DNA of 64,000 bases, from NCBI RefSeq assembly GCF_036971445.1, contig NC_091474.1:39494001-39558000 (forward strand). The letters are read 5' to 3'. The stretch's first letter is position 1. Each line of letters begins with the position of its first letter. Source of the stretch: Narcine bancroftii. Its lineage: Eukaryota. A program made the translations under genes and the position numbers. The notes beneath the pieces were generated by a model. That model worked only from the letters and a program-made list of their open reading frames with translations, was not told the DNA's origin and did no database searches. This document shows, piece by piece, positions 35,973-49,519 of this stretch.

Positions 35973-37655
35973 CTAAAATACAAATACATTGCAGAATAGC
36001 ATCAATAATGGCTATTGAATCTGCATCTACAATTATACTGACACAATGTGATGATAGTACAGGCATATGTATAACCAGTTAGTAGAGTGTTTCCTCATTA
36101 GACTTGTGATTTACATGAATGAGATCAAAAGAAAAATGCTTATAATCAAGGAGTTGAAATTGTATGAGTAGAGGGGGAAAAAAGCTGTAGAAAACAAATC
36201 GGGGATAAAATCAATCTAGTGATATTTTTATCCTGAGATTTTTGATCAACTGTTGACTTTGAAAGACTCAAGATAGTTTATGATTTGATGAATTACAAGA
36301 ATGCTATGACTCACCAAGGAAAACAATGTGAAGACAGAGAAACTGGAGGGACATGACAGATCAGACAGTATCCATGGATAGAAATGGTCAATCAAGATAA
36401 AGGGTCCAACCTGAAACATTGACTGACCATTTCTTTTTATGGACACTGCCTGACTCGTAGAGACCCTCCAATTTCTTGTTGCTCAAGCTTCCCTCCAGTT
36501 TCACTTTGTACATTCAAGATTCTAGAATTTGCAGATTTTGTATTTCTCTAACATTTACTATTACTGAAGTAGCCAGTCAACAATTTTTGTTCATTAGCAA
36601 GATGCAGAATCTGCCAGAAAAGGTAATCATCAGACCAAACTTATCACGTGCATGAGCAGTGAGAAAATTATAGCACTCTATGGTAATGTACTGCAAATCC
36701 CTGATCATCTAGATTCTGTTTGTTGGAAATCTTGATGGATTGGCATCTGTTTAGTAGTACATTAGTACAGTACATGTGCTGGGAATGCATAGTGCAAGTG
36801 GGGTGGGTGGCCAGAGCAGGAAGCCTGGAGTGTGGCTGGATCCCAGATGGTGGATTGTAGGCCCTTTTAGACTGCCATGTAAAATGGAGTTAACTGGGAA
36901 ATTTGCACAGGTACATGATGATTTGAAAGGGTCCAACTAGGTTCAACTGGTCAAAACCCAACCGGGTCACCGACCTACCTCAGAGGTGGTCAGGGAACCC
37001 AGTAAAGCTTACTCAGGTGACCTGCTCCAGCGGTTTGGAAAGGAAAATGGCTGATCCGGTTACTTTGGTGATGTCAGCAGTTGTGTGGTGGGGGGGAGGT
37101 GGGGTGTGGCTATGATGTGCCACTTTTGTGAATGCCGCTCCAGTTCCAGCAGTGTGGGGGAATTATGGATAAGGAATGTGGCCATTGCTCCTGCACTCCC
37201 ACATTGAGACATCGAGGAAGCAACTCCCCCTATCCCATTCATGGACTGAGGGGGGGGGGAAGGTGGTGACCAATGGGGGGCAGCGAATGACCCCCATTGG
37301 TCCATGGGGGTGGCAACTGACGTCTGGTGGGGGTTGGGGGCTACTGACGGCCAATACTTTCCTTGAGTCCATGACACAAGATCCCCTTTAATCAGCAGGT
37401 TGGCAATTTATCAGCTAGGTCTGGCTGCAATTTGAAAGCAGTTTATGTAGGGGTCCAGAACATCAGAGGCCAGTAACCTGGGCAGGTTTGCATCTGGAGC
37501 CAGGATTTTTATATTGTCTACTCTCTTTAAATTCACTGGAAAAATACTATTGTGTAACATGTTTATTTTGTATTCTTTTTAAGAATAAATACAAAATATG
37601 GGTTTATGTACGGTTACCGTGGATCATATCAACAAATAAGATGAAAATATACAGT

Positions 37656-40600
37656 TGTAGTGCTGGACACAGCCAAGAAAGACTCAGCCACCACATTGAA
37701 AGTCATTAATGACTATTTTTATTCAAATTCAGTGCGCGCCCTTTTAAGGGCAGCATGAGCTCAGTCACCTCATGCATTGTGACATTATAATCGCTCCCCC
37801 AGGTACACGCTGGGCAGGAGACTTGAGGCAGGGAGAAAACTCTGACAGCGCCATCTTCCCATGGCTGCCCTGCCACGTGGCGTTATATGCGGGGCCGGTT
37901 TGCCATGAGATAGTGTGCCGCCACACAACCTCCCCCCCCAGAACTGGCTACGTGTCCTGCCGCAGTTATGACGATGAAACCTCTCCACCAAACCATTTGC
38001 TTGCGGGTGGTAGGCTGTGGTGTGGTGGAGTTTAACCCCCAGGAGGTTTGCCAGCTGAGCCCAGAGCATGGAGGTGAACTAGGCGCCCATGTCACTGGTG
38101 ATGTGTACCGGTGCTCTGAACCTATAGGATCCTGGCGCACGTCTCTGCGGAAGTCTCTTTGATGGAAATGGCCTCCGGCCATCTCGTGGTCCGATCGACT
38201 ATTGTGAGAAGGTAGCGCACTTCTCTGGATACCAGCAGGGGGCCTACGACGTCAACGTGGATGTGCTGAAATCTCCGCACTGCCGGGTTGAATTGCTGGA
38301 TTGGGGCCTGTGTGTGTACGCCAGTGGATCTTGGAGGCCTGGCACCTGGTGCAGTTCCTCGCCATCTCGGCTGCGTCCTTTTTGAGCCCATGTCACACAA
38401 ACCGCTCTGCCACCATTCGCACCGAAGTCTTCTCCGAGGGGTGGGCTAGGTCATGGACTAAGCTGAAAACCCTCGACCTCCACTGCAGTGGGACTACAGG
38501 GCGCGACAAGCCGATGGAGACGTCGCAGAACAGCGTGTCCGGGCTGTTGGAGAACTGAATGTCCTAGAGCTCAAGGCCAGAGAAGGCGGTCCGGAGAGCC
38601 TGTATCTCTGTGTCCAGTTTCCAGGCTTGTGCCAACTGTGTATAGTCAAGGCTGGGGGGTGAGAGTGTTGATCGCTGGACGAGAGAGCGCATCTGCTACG
38701 ACGTTGTCTTTGCCTGCCCTGTGCCGGATGTCGGTGGTGAAGTCCGACACATAGGAGAGGTGGCGTTGCTGGAGAGCCGACCACGGATCTTTGGCCATCG
38801 TGAGTGCCTGTGTGAGGGACTTGTGGTCCGTCAACACTGTGAAAGGCCTGCCCTCCAGAAGGTATCGAAAGTGCTGGATGGCCAGGTGACCAGGAGCTCC
38901 CGGTCGAAAGCGCTGTACTTGAGCTCCGGCAGGTGTAGCTGTTTGCTAAAGAAGGCCAGCGGACGCCATTGTCCGTCGAGCCACTGTTCAAGTACGCCCC
39001 CTACCGTCGTGGCTGAGGCATCCACTGAGAGCATCATGTGTGCACCAATAGAGTAGCATTAGCGAGGGCAGGATGAACCAATGACAAAAATTCACCATCC
39101 TCACGAACTCCTGCAGGCCCTTGAGGGTGGTTGGCTTGGGGAACTGCTGGATGGCCACGATCTTCTCTGGCGCCGGAGCAGCCCCTGCTGCCGAGATGGT
39201 GTGCCCTAGGAACTGCAGCGTCTGCTTGCCGAACTGGCACTTTGCTACATTAACTATGAGGCCAAACTCCGCCAGTCGAGCAAACAGGGTATGGAGGTGG
39301 CCCTTGTGCTCTTTGCAGTTGCGGCTGGCGATAAGGGTATATTTTTCCAGGTTATTAAACACAGACATCAGAGCAGCACCCAAGGAGGACCTACATGAGT
39401 CTTCTGCAGAGCTGGTCTACGGCGCGCCACTCTCACTGCCCGATGAGTTCTTTGCCCGACGTCAGGTTTGAGCACGCGAACCTTTTGGCAGATCTCTGAA
39501 AGAAACCATCTTCACTAGCCCCCCCTGCCTCCCTCGCATCATAGCATCCGACCGCCACATCTTCCCAAAGAGCTGGACTCGGCAGAATTCGTATTTGTTG
39601 GGCGCGGCCCACATATGGCACCATTACAAGTCCCTACCCACTGCGTCCATGAGGTGCTGAAAAGTCTGGGCCGCGTTCTTGAGGCCAAAGGGCATACACA
39701 GGAATTCAAAGAAGCCAAAGGGGATGATGATCGCCATCTTGCTGATGTCCTTGGGGTGGACACGGTTCTGATGGTACCCCCACACCAGATCGACCTTGTA
39801 GAAGACTTGCGCACCGTGGAGATTGGCTGAGAAGTCTTGAATGTGTGGAACCGGGTACCTGTCTGGTGTGGTTGCATCGGTCAAACACCGGTAATCACCG
39901 CAGAGTCTCCAACCCCCAGAGGATTTGGGGACCATCTGGAGAGGGGATGCCCAGGCGCTGTCCAAGCGATGGACGATCCTCTACTCCTGCAGCCGGGAAA
40001 ACTCCTCCTTTGCCAGCTGCAACTTCTCGGGCGGAAGTCGTCTGGGTTTGGCGTGCAGCGGGGGGCCTTGAGTGGAGATATGATATTATACCCTGTGCTG
40101 GGGTAAGGTGGCGCTGAATCGTGGTTGAAGGATGGAGGGGAACTCGTGGAGTATGTTCGAATACTCATCCCTGGAAGTGGCGATGGCGGCAATCTCGGGC
40201 CTGCAGGCGTTCATGGCGTCCAGGCTCTTGCCCTTCATGTCAACAACAGTCCGTGTGCCCTCAGGAAGTCGGCCCCTAACAATGCTGTACCCACTGAGGC
40301 TAACTCGAACTTCCAGCGGAATTTCTATTTCCCGATCTGGATCTGCGCCCTGCAGGTACCAAAGGTCTTGATGGCTGAAATGTTGGCTGCCCGCAGGGTG
40401 GGACCACGAGATCGGGTACTTGTCTCGAGGGCGATGGGGGGCAGGATGCTCAGCTCCACTCCTGTGTCCACCAGGAAATATCGGCCGGTGGACTTGTCGG
40501 TAATGTGAAGGACGCTGTCCACGTGGCCAGCTGTCGCAGCCATCAACGGTGGCTGGCTGGGTGTTTCCCGTGGTCGTCACATGGTTGTCAGCACTTACGA

Positions 40601-41523
40601 GCTTGCACTCCCCAGAGCTGATGGAAAAAGCACTAGGTGCAATGGTGCTCCTCCGGCTTGTGGTTGGGGGAGTGTTATGGCCAGTTGGCTCTTGGTCGAA
40701 CAACCTGAGGGCTGCTTCATTCTCCCTCTTGGTGGGCCAGAGGGTGGCCGCTTGGGCTGCGACTCAGTGTGGATCCATGAAGTCCTCATCCACCAGGAGT
40801 AGTTGGATATCCCCAGGCATCTGCTCAAGGAAGATCTGACGAAATAGGAAACAAGGTTTGTGATCCTCCGCCAGCGCCAGCATCTCATCCATTAGGGTCA
40901 ATGGTGTGCGGTCCCCAAGCCCGTCGAGGTGCAGGAGCCTGGAGGCACGATGCTGAGGGGAGAGCCCAAAAGTGCCAAGGAGCAGGTTCTTGAGGGCAGG
41001 ATATTTACCCTCAGCCGGTGGGTTGTGTATTAGATTGTTCACCCTGGCTGCCGTTTCTTCGTCCAGCACGCTCACGACGTGGTAGGACATAGTGGCGTCT
41101 ACTGAAATGTTCCTCAGTTGAAATTGCGCCTCCACCTGCCCGAACCATGTACGCAGGCGATGGGTCCAGAAGTGGGGCATATGGCAAGGGCGTTGATCAC
41201 TACTGGATCCATGTTCTTGAGACCAGAGAGGCGTCTGGGCTCAACGGGGTCACCAATGTACTGCTGGACACAGCCAAGAAAGACTCAGCCACCACATTGA
41301 AAGTCATTAATGACTGATTTAATTCAAATTCAGTGTGCGACCTTGTAAGGGCAGCATGAGCTCAGTCACCTTGTGCATTGTGACATCATAATTGCTGCCC
41401 CAGGCGCATGCTGGGCAGGAGACTTGAGGCAGGGAGAAAATCCTGACAGCGCCATCTTCCCATGGCTGCCCCACCACGTGGCGTTACACGCGGGTCCAGT
41501 CACCATGAGAGTGTGCCGCCACA
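37656..41523 (-). mobile_element. Two-LTR Gypsy retrotransposon in DNTTIP1 intron 11 (gag-PR-RT-RH-IN, decayed)
   Basis: LTRs at 37656-37925 and 41257-41523; PBS TGGTGACCCCG (tRNA-Trp type) next to the 5' LTR; G-rich PPT; gag WFGQVEAQF, protease FLVDTG, RT WRLCGDYR/MPFGLKNA, RNaseH VDAS/TDHK, integrase HVDVVG/ANGLVERFHR. Confidence 0.93.
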
Positions 41524-42885
41524 TCCATATAAAGGGATTTTCAATTTTGTTCCAATTATTTTATATTCAATATTATATTGGACACATTATAAAAAATGGA
41601 TTAACTGCTAATTAATATATAATAGAATTAGATGTCTCAAGATAAGTGATATGTATGTGATACGACCTGTTGTACGCAATTACTAGATGACTATGTATAT
41701 AGATTTATTTTAAAAATGCAAAAGAAAAAGAAGTAAAAGTGTGTAAGCATATTAACAAGAGCAACATCCAATAGATCTGAAATCTGCTAAATAAAATGAC
41801 CAACTCCCAAGGGTCTATGATTATCAAAAGTTTACTGCATCATTATTTAGACACTGAGTGAGTGGCTACAATGGTAACTGATGTGGATTTGTAAATGTTA
41901 GCATTGACTATTTTATTCTCGCAATACAGAGCCAAATCTGTGATATGTATGATTTTCTGCTGAGGGAAATGCAAGAATGAAAAACTATTTCTGTGTGCTT
42001 AGTTTCCAGTGTGTTTGTTTATTTGTTAGGAAATGCAATAAGAACATGTATGGATTCCCTTGTTGCAGCATCAGGGTTGCTCAGGTATAGTTTTGTTCAG
42101 ACATCTAAAATCTGTAGCCAAATATGTGCTAAGTCAGCTTCATAAACTGCCAAGAACAAAAGCTTTGCAATTCTTAGAAATTGCTTTCTGAATAAGGTAC
42201 ATGTTTGATATACTATTGTATGGTGTTGTACAATTTATCTTCATGTGCATTTCCCCTGCACACACATACCTAGTCAATCACATCTTTTAAAAATAGCTTG
42301 GAGAATATGGTGAGAAACTTCATAAATTTGCCAGGAAATGATAAAGGATTAGTTGTTAACTAATGACAAGCTATCCAATATGCAGCAAGTACATGAAAAG
42401 CAAAAGATATTGGAAATACTCAGTGGGTCCAGCAGCATCCATAGAACCAAAGCTAGGTTGAAAGAAACAGAGTTAATACTATTGTTGCCTGACCTACTGA
42501 GTATCTCCAGCATTTTCTGTTATAATTGCAGCAAGTACAACAGGAAGTTTCCCATCACAAGGTTCCATTTGCCTCATCAGGCCATGAGCATATTAAAAAA
42601 AAGCCCTTTAACTACTCGAGTTCTTCATCAACCTGAAAGTAGAGAAGGGGAACCATCTGGTCAATCAGATTATTAACTACTCTCCATAGCAGTGCAGACA
42701 TGCAGAACCTAGGCTGGTGAGTGGCACATAAAAAGGAAAAAAAAATTACAAAGGGACTCTTTCCTTCACAGACACATCCTTGTCTATAGTTGGCTTGAGA
42801 TAACAGCATACACATATTGCCATCTATGTGCTATGTCTGCACACATAAGCACATAAAGGAACCTGTCCTTAGCAGTAGTTTAAAG

Positions 42886-43080
42886 TAGCATTCGCAACCA
42901 ATTTTTGGCTATGGCCCCCTAGGACTCTCCTCAAAGTTTATGGGTCCCCTTCCCTATGAAACAGTCAAGTTTAGTTGGTTTCTTCTGTATGTCTCTCCTA
43001 CCAACTTCATAAAAAATATTTTATGATTTTCAGACCGTGACCTCCTTTAATTGAACTGTGGCCCTAGTTGAGTATGGTTG
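42886..43080. mobile_element. hAT-type MITE with 8-bp TSD GTTTAAAG
   Basis: Identical GTTTAAAG at 42878-42885 and 43081-43088; degenerate TIRs. Confidence 0.7.
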
Positions 43081-43534
43081 GTTTAAAGCATTTCCACAAG
43101 TGCATGGATGCAGATGGTAATTATTGTTTCCTCGTGGGGCAGCACAGTTGGCATACCCATTAGCACAATGCCTTTACAGCGCCAGTGATCGGGACCAGGG
43201 TTCGAATCCTACACTGTCTGTGTGGGTTTTCCCTGGGGACTCTGGTTTCCTTCAACCGTTCAAAATGTACTGGGGGTGTAGGTTAATTGGATGTAAATTG
43301 GACTGCACGGACTCTTGAGCCAAAATGGCCTGTTACCGTGCTGTATGTCTAATTTTAAATGTAGACATTTGAAAATGACAGAATACTATGACGTGTTTGG
43401 GATGTTTCTGGAAATCTGTGGTTTAGGGACAAAGTCACAGCACATGAAGTCCCACTAATAACCCAAAAATTGGACTATTTTGCACAAAATTATGATGTTA
43501 CTGTTGCTGCGTTCATTTGAGTGTCAATACTCAC

Positions 43535-43606
43535 CATCTTGCCCCCCGTGGCTGGCATGTGATGCTTCTCTCCAAGCCAGTGCTTATCTTGTGAGTCTGC
43601 AGAGTA
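43535..43606 (-). CDS. DNTTIP1: DNTTIP1 exon 11
   Basis: YSADSQDKHWLGEKHHMPATGGKM, 72 nt. Confidence 0.95.
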
Positions 43607-44445
43607 CTGAAAATCAGGGAGAGTGTAGGTAAAAACATTACACATGGTGGCAATCACTCAAGTCTTAAAGGACAACAATGAACACAGTAAAAACAGAACA
43701 CTAACCCAGATTAAACCCAAAGTAAAACATGGTGCCGATCCACACTGGGCAGTGAAACTTGGCACCAAACCCACAATAAAATACTTCAGGAAAATTCCAA
43801 TAACCTCAAACTTGGTACTTTGGTGATGCTAGACTAGCAGATTTTCTGGATTGCTGGATATTGTTTCAAAGAATACTCCAACACTCTTAATTTCTTAAGA
43901 ATGATTCATAAAGTTGAAAGGCAGGGCAAGAACTGGGGCGCCAGTGAGAGAGAAGGTTGTGCTGGAATCAGCAGCTGGTGAGCCATACATTGAATCATCA
44001 CAATTTCTGAATTGTTGGTGTTTTACAGTACAAGATACTAACCCACACAAGACACATGGTGAAACACAGCAATGAACACAGCAATATATAAAAAGCCAAA
44101 ATGTGCTCTCATCGCTTGGACTGTCACTGCTAGCAGTATGTGAGAATACTTGAATTACATAGTACACTTGCCAACAATGAGCTTCATGCGTCCTGGGGTG
44201 AAGGCTAAGGTATGATTAGTGTAGCAGTTAGCGCGATACTATTACAGCGCCAGTGACCCGAGTTCTAATCCAACACTGTAAGGAGTTTGTACGTTTTCCC
44301 CATGACCTGTGTGGGTTTTTCCCGGGAGCTCTGGTTTTCTTCCACTCTTCAAAATGTATAGGGCTGTAGGTTAATTGGCTGGCATGGATTTCAATGACTG
44401 GAATTGGGTTCTACAGGTATAAATAAAATTAAAATTTACTCTTAC

Positions 44446-44506
44446 CTTAAATAGATCAGGATGCTTTATATAGATTCTTCCACGGGTGCCACCCATTCCC
44501 AATGCT
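44446..44506 (-). CDS. DNTTIP1: DNTTIP1 exon 10
   Basis: ALGMGGTRGRIYIKHPDLFK, 61 nt. Confidence 0.96.
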
Positions 44507-45384
44507 CTGAGAAAAGAGGGGAAATGCTTGGGAAAGAGCTTGCATTCAGTTGTGTAACTAGTGTTGAAGTTTGAATAAATTTTAACAAGTTGTGGGTCCC
44601 TCTGATGGCAGCACACAGAAGTTAAAGGATTTGTTATAAAGTTTACTCAAATGAAGATGGTAATGAAAACTTCCATTGAAAACAATAACCTAGCTTTAAC
44701 TGTGGAGTTCATCACACTACAGGAGGAAATCCACATTCCTCATGAGGATGTTGCCAGGGCAGGAGAATTAGTTTTGAAGTGAGAGCGTCTAAATTGAGGT
44801 TGTTTTCTTTGGAACAAGGGGGAAGAAAGAAAATTTAATTGAGTTTTACAAAGCTACAAAAGGCCTGGTTGTTAATTGAGAATTGTTAATTGGTACTTTG
44901 GTGGAAGAATGAGAGGGATTCACAATTATAACATAGATATCCTGTAATGTCTTATTTATTGATCTTTGCATCCGTGATCTTCTGCTCTGTTATATCAGGC
45001 TAAGATTAATAATGGCAGGTAAAAAGCATACTGCTCTGCATCTAACCCATGCTGTACCAACCCTAGCTCTTTAATTGTAAATAAATGGAGCTTTGCAACT
45101 AGTTTGTGCTGTTGCTATTTTGGTAGTTTTGAAGGAGCAGTGCAGAAGCAGGTTTATTCTGTGACTAATCACTGCTGCACCTGACTGCGATTGTTTGAAA
45201 GGAGATGATGCAACCAGCTGAAGAAATTCTAAATCCCAGCATGTTTTATAAGACAGATAATGGAAGAAAGAGTTTAAGTTTTTCCTTTCTATCCATGAGA
45301 GTTTATCATCCTGCAGAATAGGTAAATTGCTAGACATCATTGCATGGTGGAGGCTAAGAAAGAACATGCAAACTATCTGCTTAC

Positions 45385-45443
45385 TTGTTTGCACGCGATC
45401 CAAGCACAAATGTGGTTGATGTGTTCAGTCTGGCTGGGTCCCA
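45385..45443 (-). CDS. DNTTIP1: DNTTIP1 exon 9
   Basis: WDPARLNTSTTFVLGSRAN(K), 59 nt. Confidence 0.95.
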
Positions 45444-46203
45444 CTGAAAATGTATAATAATAAAAAGGAAAATTAATAGTTCCTTTACCGCTCACTTAGT
45501 CTCATCACAGCTATCCTTTACAACATTTTCTATTACAATGCACAAAGCCAAGTTTCAGGCACTGCCTTTCAGATTTCCAATTAAAACAACCTGACCAATC
45601 ATGAGCAATATCCCTTAAAAGAGAATGGGGCCATCCATGAATCAGTGCTGTCCAAGCACAAATGAGCATGCAATGGATCTTTGCACTCATACAGTTGCAG
45701 CTCTCCTCATCTTGTTCCACTCTGAGACATTTAAAAGAGAACAAAGCGATTATCTAAAGTTATGCTAGCCTATCCCAGGGGAACAACTTCCCACATTCAT
45801 TCCCAGTCTTTTCAAAACAGTGATAGGATGCCTTGGTAGGCCCCCATGGGAGCTGGGATGGAAATTATGGCAGGGCTCCTACTTTGGATTATGAAAATGA
45901 ACATGTGGACATCACCCAAGAATACCGTGGAGTGTTGTGATCTTTTACTGTCACTGATGTCATGAAATAAACTCATGAAGATCAACTCCAGCTTCAAGCT
46001 TTATTTGTTTACATATATACACTGTGAATAGTTTTTTTGCACAACCAATAAGTGATAATTCTGCTTCACCCACGGAAAAAGAATCTTAGGATGGTATGTG
46101 ATGTCGTGTATGTACTCTGACAATAAATCTGAAATTTAAATTGAAATCAATCAAGGAGAGGAATTGGAATGAACAAAATTCTAGTTAAGGTGGATAGCAC
46201 TAC

Positions 46204-46249
46204 CTTAGGTCCTTCCCTTCTGATTGGCTCAGTGTATTTAACCTTTGAG
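46204..46249 (-). CDS. DNTTIP1: DNTTIP1 exon 8
   Basis: SKVKYTEPIRREGPK, 46 nt. Confidence 0.92.
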
Positions 46250-46763
46250 CTGGAAAAAAAGACAAGAAGTTAGAGCCTTTTTGATAATAGAATGGGAGAT
46301 ATAAATTTTTAATTTAAAGAATCTGGACTTACTGAAGCATAGAAAATAATCGTATTGAAACAATTAAAATTGTTGACTGGGCAGAGACATCTAGAACCAG
46401 GGGGCTCAGGGTCAACTATTCAAGAGAAAGCGGAGTAACACAATAGCACAGCTAATAGATCTGTTGCCTCACAGTGCCAGAGTCCAAATTTAATCCTGAC
46501 TTCTGGTGCTGTCGGTGTGGAGTTTGCACACTCTGCCTGTGACCACATTGATTTCCTCTAGGAACTCTGGACATGTGGATGGTAGATTAATTGATTGCTG
46601 CAAATTGCCTTCACTGTGTAGGTGAGTGGTGGAATCTGGGGAGATGATAAGAACAAAAATAAAGAGGGGGAGAATAAAACAATGTTTAATGTTGAATCAG
46701 TATTGGTGAGTCAATGGTCAGTATGGATTCAGTGGATTGAATAGCCTGTTTCTGTGATATATA

Positions 46764-47099
46764 CAGGTGCTTCCCTATTTACGATGGTCCGACTTATGGA
46801 TTTTCAAAGTTACGATGGGTCGAATCCATACTTTCAATTTCGAATTCTGATCCGTTCCTGTGCTTGTGATATGCGGTACGCTACTCTCTCATGATATTGG
46901 GTGATGGTAGAATCGCATGAGCGTATCGAACAGCATACCCTCTTGCGATGCAGACTCAACCACGATTGCAGTTTCTGTAGCAATCCTATGAATGAGTTGC
47001 ACTGTAAGCAACCCATCAAAAATGGTAGAGGTGGTATTCTTTTTTGACTTATGATGGGTTTGCCGGAATGTAACCCTATCATAAGTTGAGGAGCACCTG
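46764..47099. mobile_element. Tc1/mariner (Tigger-like) MITE with TA TSD
   Basis: TA|CAGGTGCTTC ... GAGCACCTG|TA. Confidence 0.85.
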
Positions 47100-47287
47100 T
47101 ATATCTCTATGATGCTACCATTTCTATAATCACAGAGTAGTGAGTCTTTGTAATTCTCTATGCAAGAGGGATTTGGAAGCATAACAGCTTTACTCAAGAT
47201 ACAGGTCAATGTTTTGGAGATCAAGGACAACTTAAAGGGCCAAACAAAAAGTAGAAGAGGAAGTATGGGAAGTTACAGAGTTTAGAT

Positions 47288-47633
47288 CAGTGGTTTTCAA
47301 CCTTTTTCTTTCCACTCATATACCACTAAGTAATCCCTATGCCATAGGTGCTCTGTGATTAGTAAGGAAAAAGTTTGAAAACTACTGTTTTAATCGTACC
47401 TAATTTGACTTATTATGTGCATGGTTTCATAACTCCAAAGGAAATGGGTCAAATGACAACTTTTTTTCAAGCCAAATATTTCAGTAACAAATGGGTCTAG
47501 AGCAGTGATTCTCAACCTTCCCTTCCCACTCACATACTACCTTAAGCAATCCCTTACTAATCACAGAGCACCGAAGACATAGGGATTACTTAAAATGGTA
47601 TGTGAGTGGAAAGAAAAAGGTTGAGAACCACGG
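47288..47633. mobile_element. hAT-derived MITE, composite
   Basis: Long TIRs CAGTGGTTTTCAACCTTTTTCTTTCCACTCA / TGAGTGGAAAGAAAAAGGTTGAGAACCAC; TSD GTTTAGAT/GTTTAGAG. Confidence 0.85.
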
Positions 47634-48127
47634 GTTTAGAGGCTTGTTAGCCAAATGTTATTTAGTTGCATGGCACTGTACATCACAGCACCACTGAAAA
47701 AGTAGGGATTGTGTTTGGAAGATGTTGCAGAATACCTTACGTTGATAGATTTATTCACCACTGGTAACACACCTCTGCAGCTAGTTACTGGCTTCACCAT
47801 TTGGATATGCCTTTTGAGGATTGGTTAGCATTAACCTCCTTATGAATTATTAATATTCTACACAAGTCTTTAGGACACTACTTCAATTATTAAATGCTCA
47901 ATATTTTTGTTGGCCTCGTTGACAAAAAGAGGTATTAGAACTTGGAGGAATAGGCTTTCATTTCCCCCCCCCCCTCATTTTTTGCAAAGGTGGGGACCAC
48001 TAGGCATTATGAAGTCAGTACCTCACCACCAGTGCAGATCTTTAGGAAAATTAATATGCAAGAAAAGTGGTTTAATCTTCAGTGTGAGTAACATGAAAGA
48101 GTACATCAGCCCAGGATTTGTACTCAC

Positions 48128-48186
48128 ACAGCAGTTGGCACGGTCCGGTCAAATGAAATCAGGTGTCCTGGTGGTCTGCCTTTCCT
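48128..48186 (-). CDS. DNTTIP1: DNTTIP1 exon 7 (AT-hook-like)
   Basis: RKGRPPGHLISFDRTVPTA(V), 59 nt. Confidence 0.92.
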
Positions 48187-49338
48187 CTGCAAGAATAATA
48201 TTTCTTTAAAACTTGACATATGTTCCTTCCCTGTTCTGAATTTCTACTTAAACTTTGTGTGTGTTGTCTTTAAAACTATAGAGTCATACTTTAGGTACAT
48301 TTGGATTCATCTTTGCCCTTTTCCTCCTTGCTAACACTGTTATTTTAACAAAACTTTATTCACTCAAGACACATCTTGAGAAGTCTTCTAGTCTTGGATC
48401 CACTGACAAGCTCCAAAAATCCAGAAGATACATCTGCCTGGGGCAATTGACTGCTGTCTATCTGGGTTTTCAAAAAGATCAAGAATGACACTAAATGCGT
48501 AGCACCATTCTATAATAAACCCATACCAAAGGTAGTGATTGGCATAGTTAGTACTCCATCAAACTTCTACAGATGTGCTGTGGAAAGTACCTGCTCAATG
48601 TATATAATAATAAACTTATTATCATAACATATTGTCTGGAGGCAATGTGCCAACCACATCGTGCAGAAACACATAGGGTAGAGAGCAGGTACGGATGACA
48701 CCAATCCCTGAAGAAAGTCAACGAACAAGTTAAGCTTCAAGAAAAAAAAACTACTGCATAATCACTTAAATGACTATTATTTGTTATGTCATTTGAAATG
48801 ACAACTTCTGGACTAGTTGCCCAGTTCCATAATCCATAAGATTACTGTATCTAAACCATTCACTGCAGATCTACTAAATTGAGATGTTAAAATTAATTTA
48901 AGATGGCAATGAGCTCAATGATTCTGGGAATGGATAATCAGATTTAAGGTTGTGCATGACATTTGTGTTGAGTGTGGCACTAACAATCTTTTGGCTGCAT
49001 CAGGTGCAGACTAGAATGTATGTGATTCAGCTCCTAAACTGGGATTCAGTTACGTGGTATAATTTGGACTGGCAGTTAGTAATGCTACAAATTGTTTTAT
49101 CGTCTTATGGCTCTAATTGATAGCAACTATCCAATGATCTCTGTAGGAAAGGGCAGTCTAAGGCTCAAATGTGATGCCTTCCTTTAGTTAGAAAGCCTAC
49201 TAAACACCAGCACTAGGTTTACACATGAAGAATAATTTTTCAGGTCTGGTACAGGCCAATCAAAGGCCAGTGCCTCTAACAAACTATACATTGCTTTATG
49301 TCAACTTAGTTCCCAATTTCAGCTTCATTCAGGCTTAC

Positions 49339-49395
49339 CTTCTTAGGGACTGGACTTCCTCTCTGGCTCAGGTCATCCTCCATCTGTCGTGAACG
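49339..49395 (-). CDS. DNTTIP1: DNTTIP1 exon 6
   Basis: RSRQMEDDLSQRGSPVPKK, 57 nt. Confidence 0.92.
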
Positions 49396-49519
49396 CTGCA
49401 ATAAGACACATTTTACATGAAAACCACAATGATTGCTCTCAAGCTTAAAAAAAAATGACACCTGGTCCTACAAATATCAGAATTTCCACTGAACAGTGAT
49501 CATTACAGGATCAACACTC

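Noticed and set aside
36860-37490. Possible Harbinger-type MITE (GGCCCTTTTAGACTGC end)
   Set aside because: I could not find a matching second TIR or TSD with confidence.
43135-43360. Additional tRNA genes in SINE heads
   Set aside because: They have A/B-box remnants but no cloverleaf and continue into SINE core and tail.
43895-44167. 90-aa Cys-rich ORF in DNTTIP1 intron 10
   Set aside because: No domain pattern or exon boundaries; likely a chance ORF.
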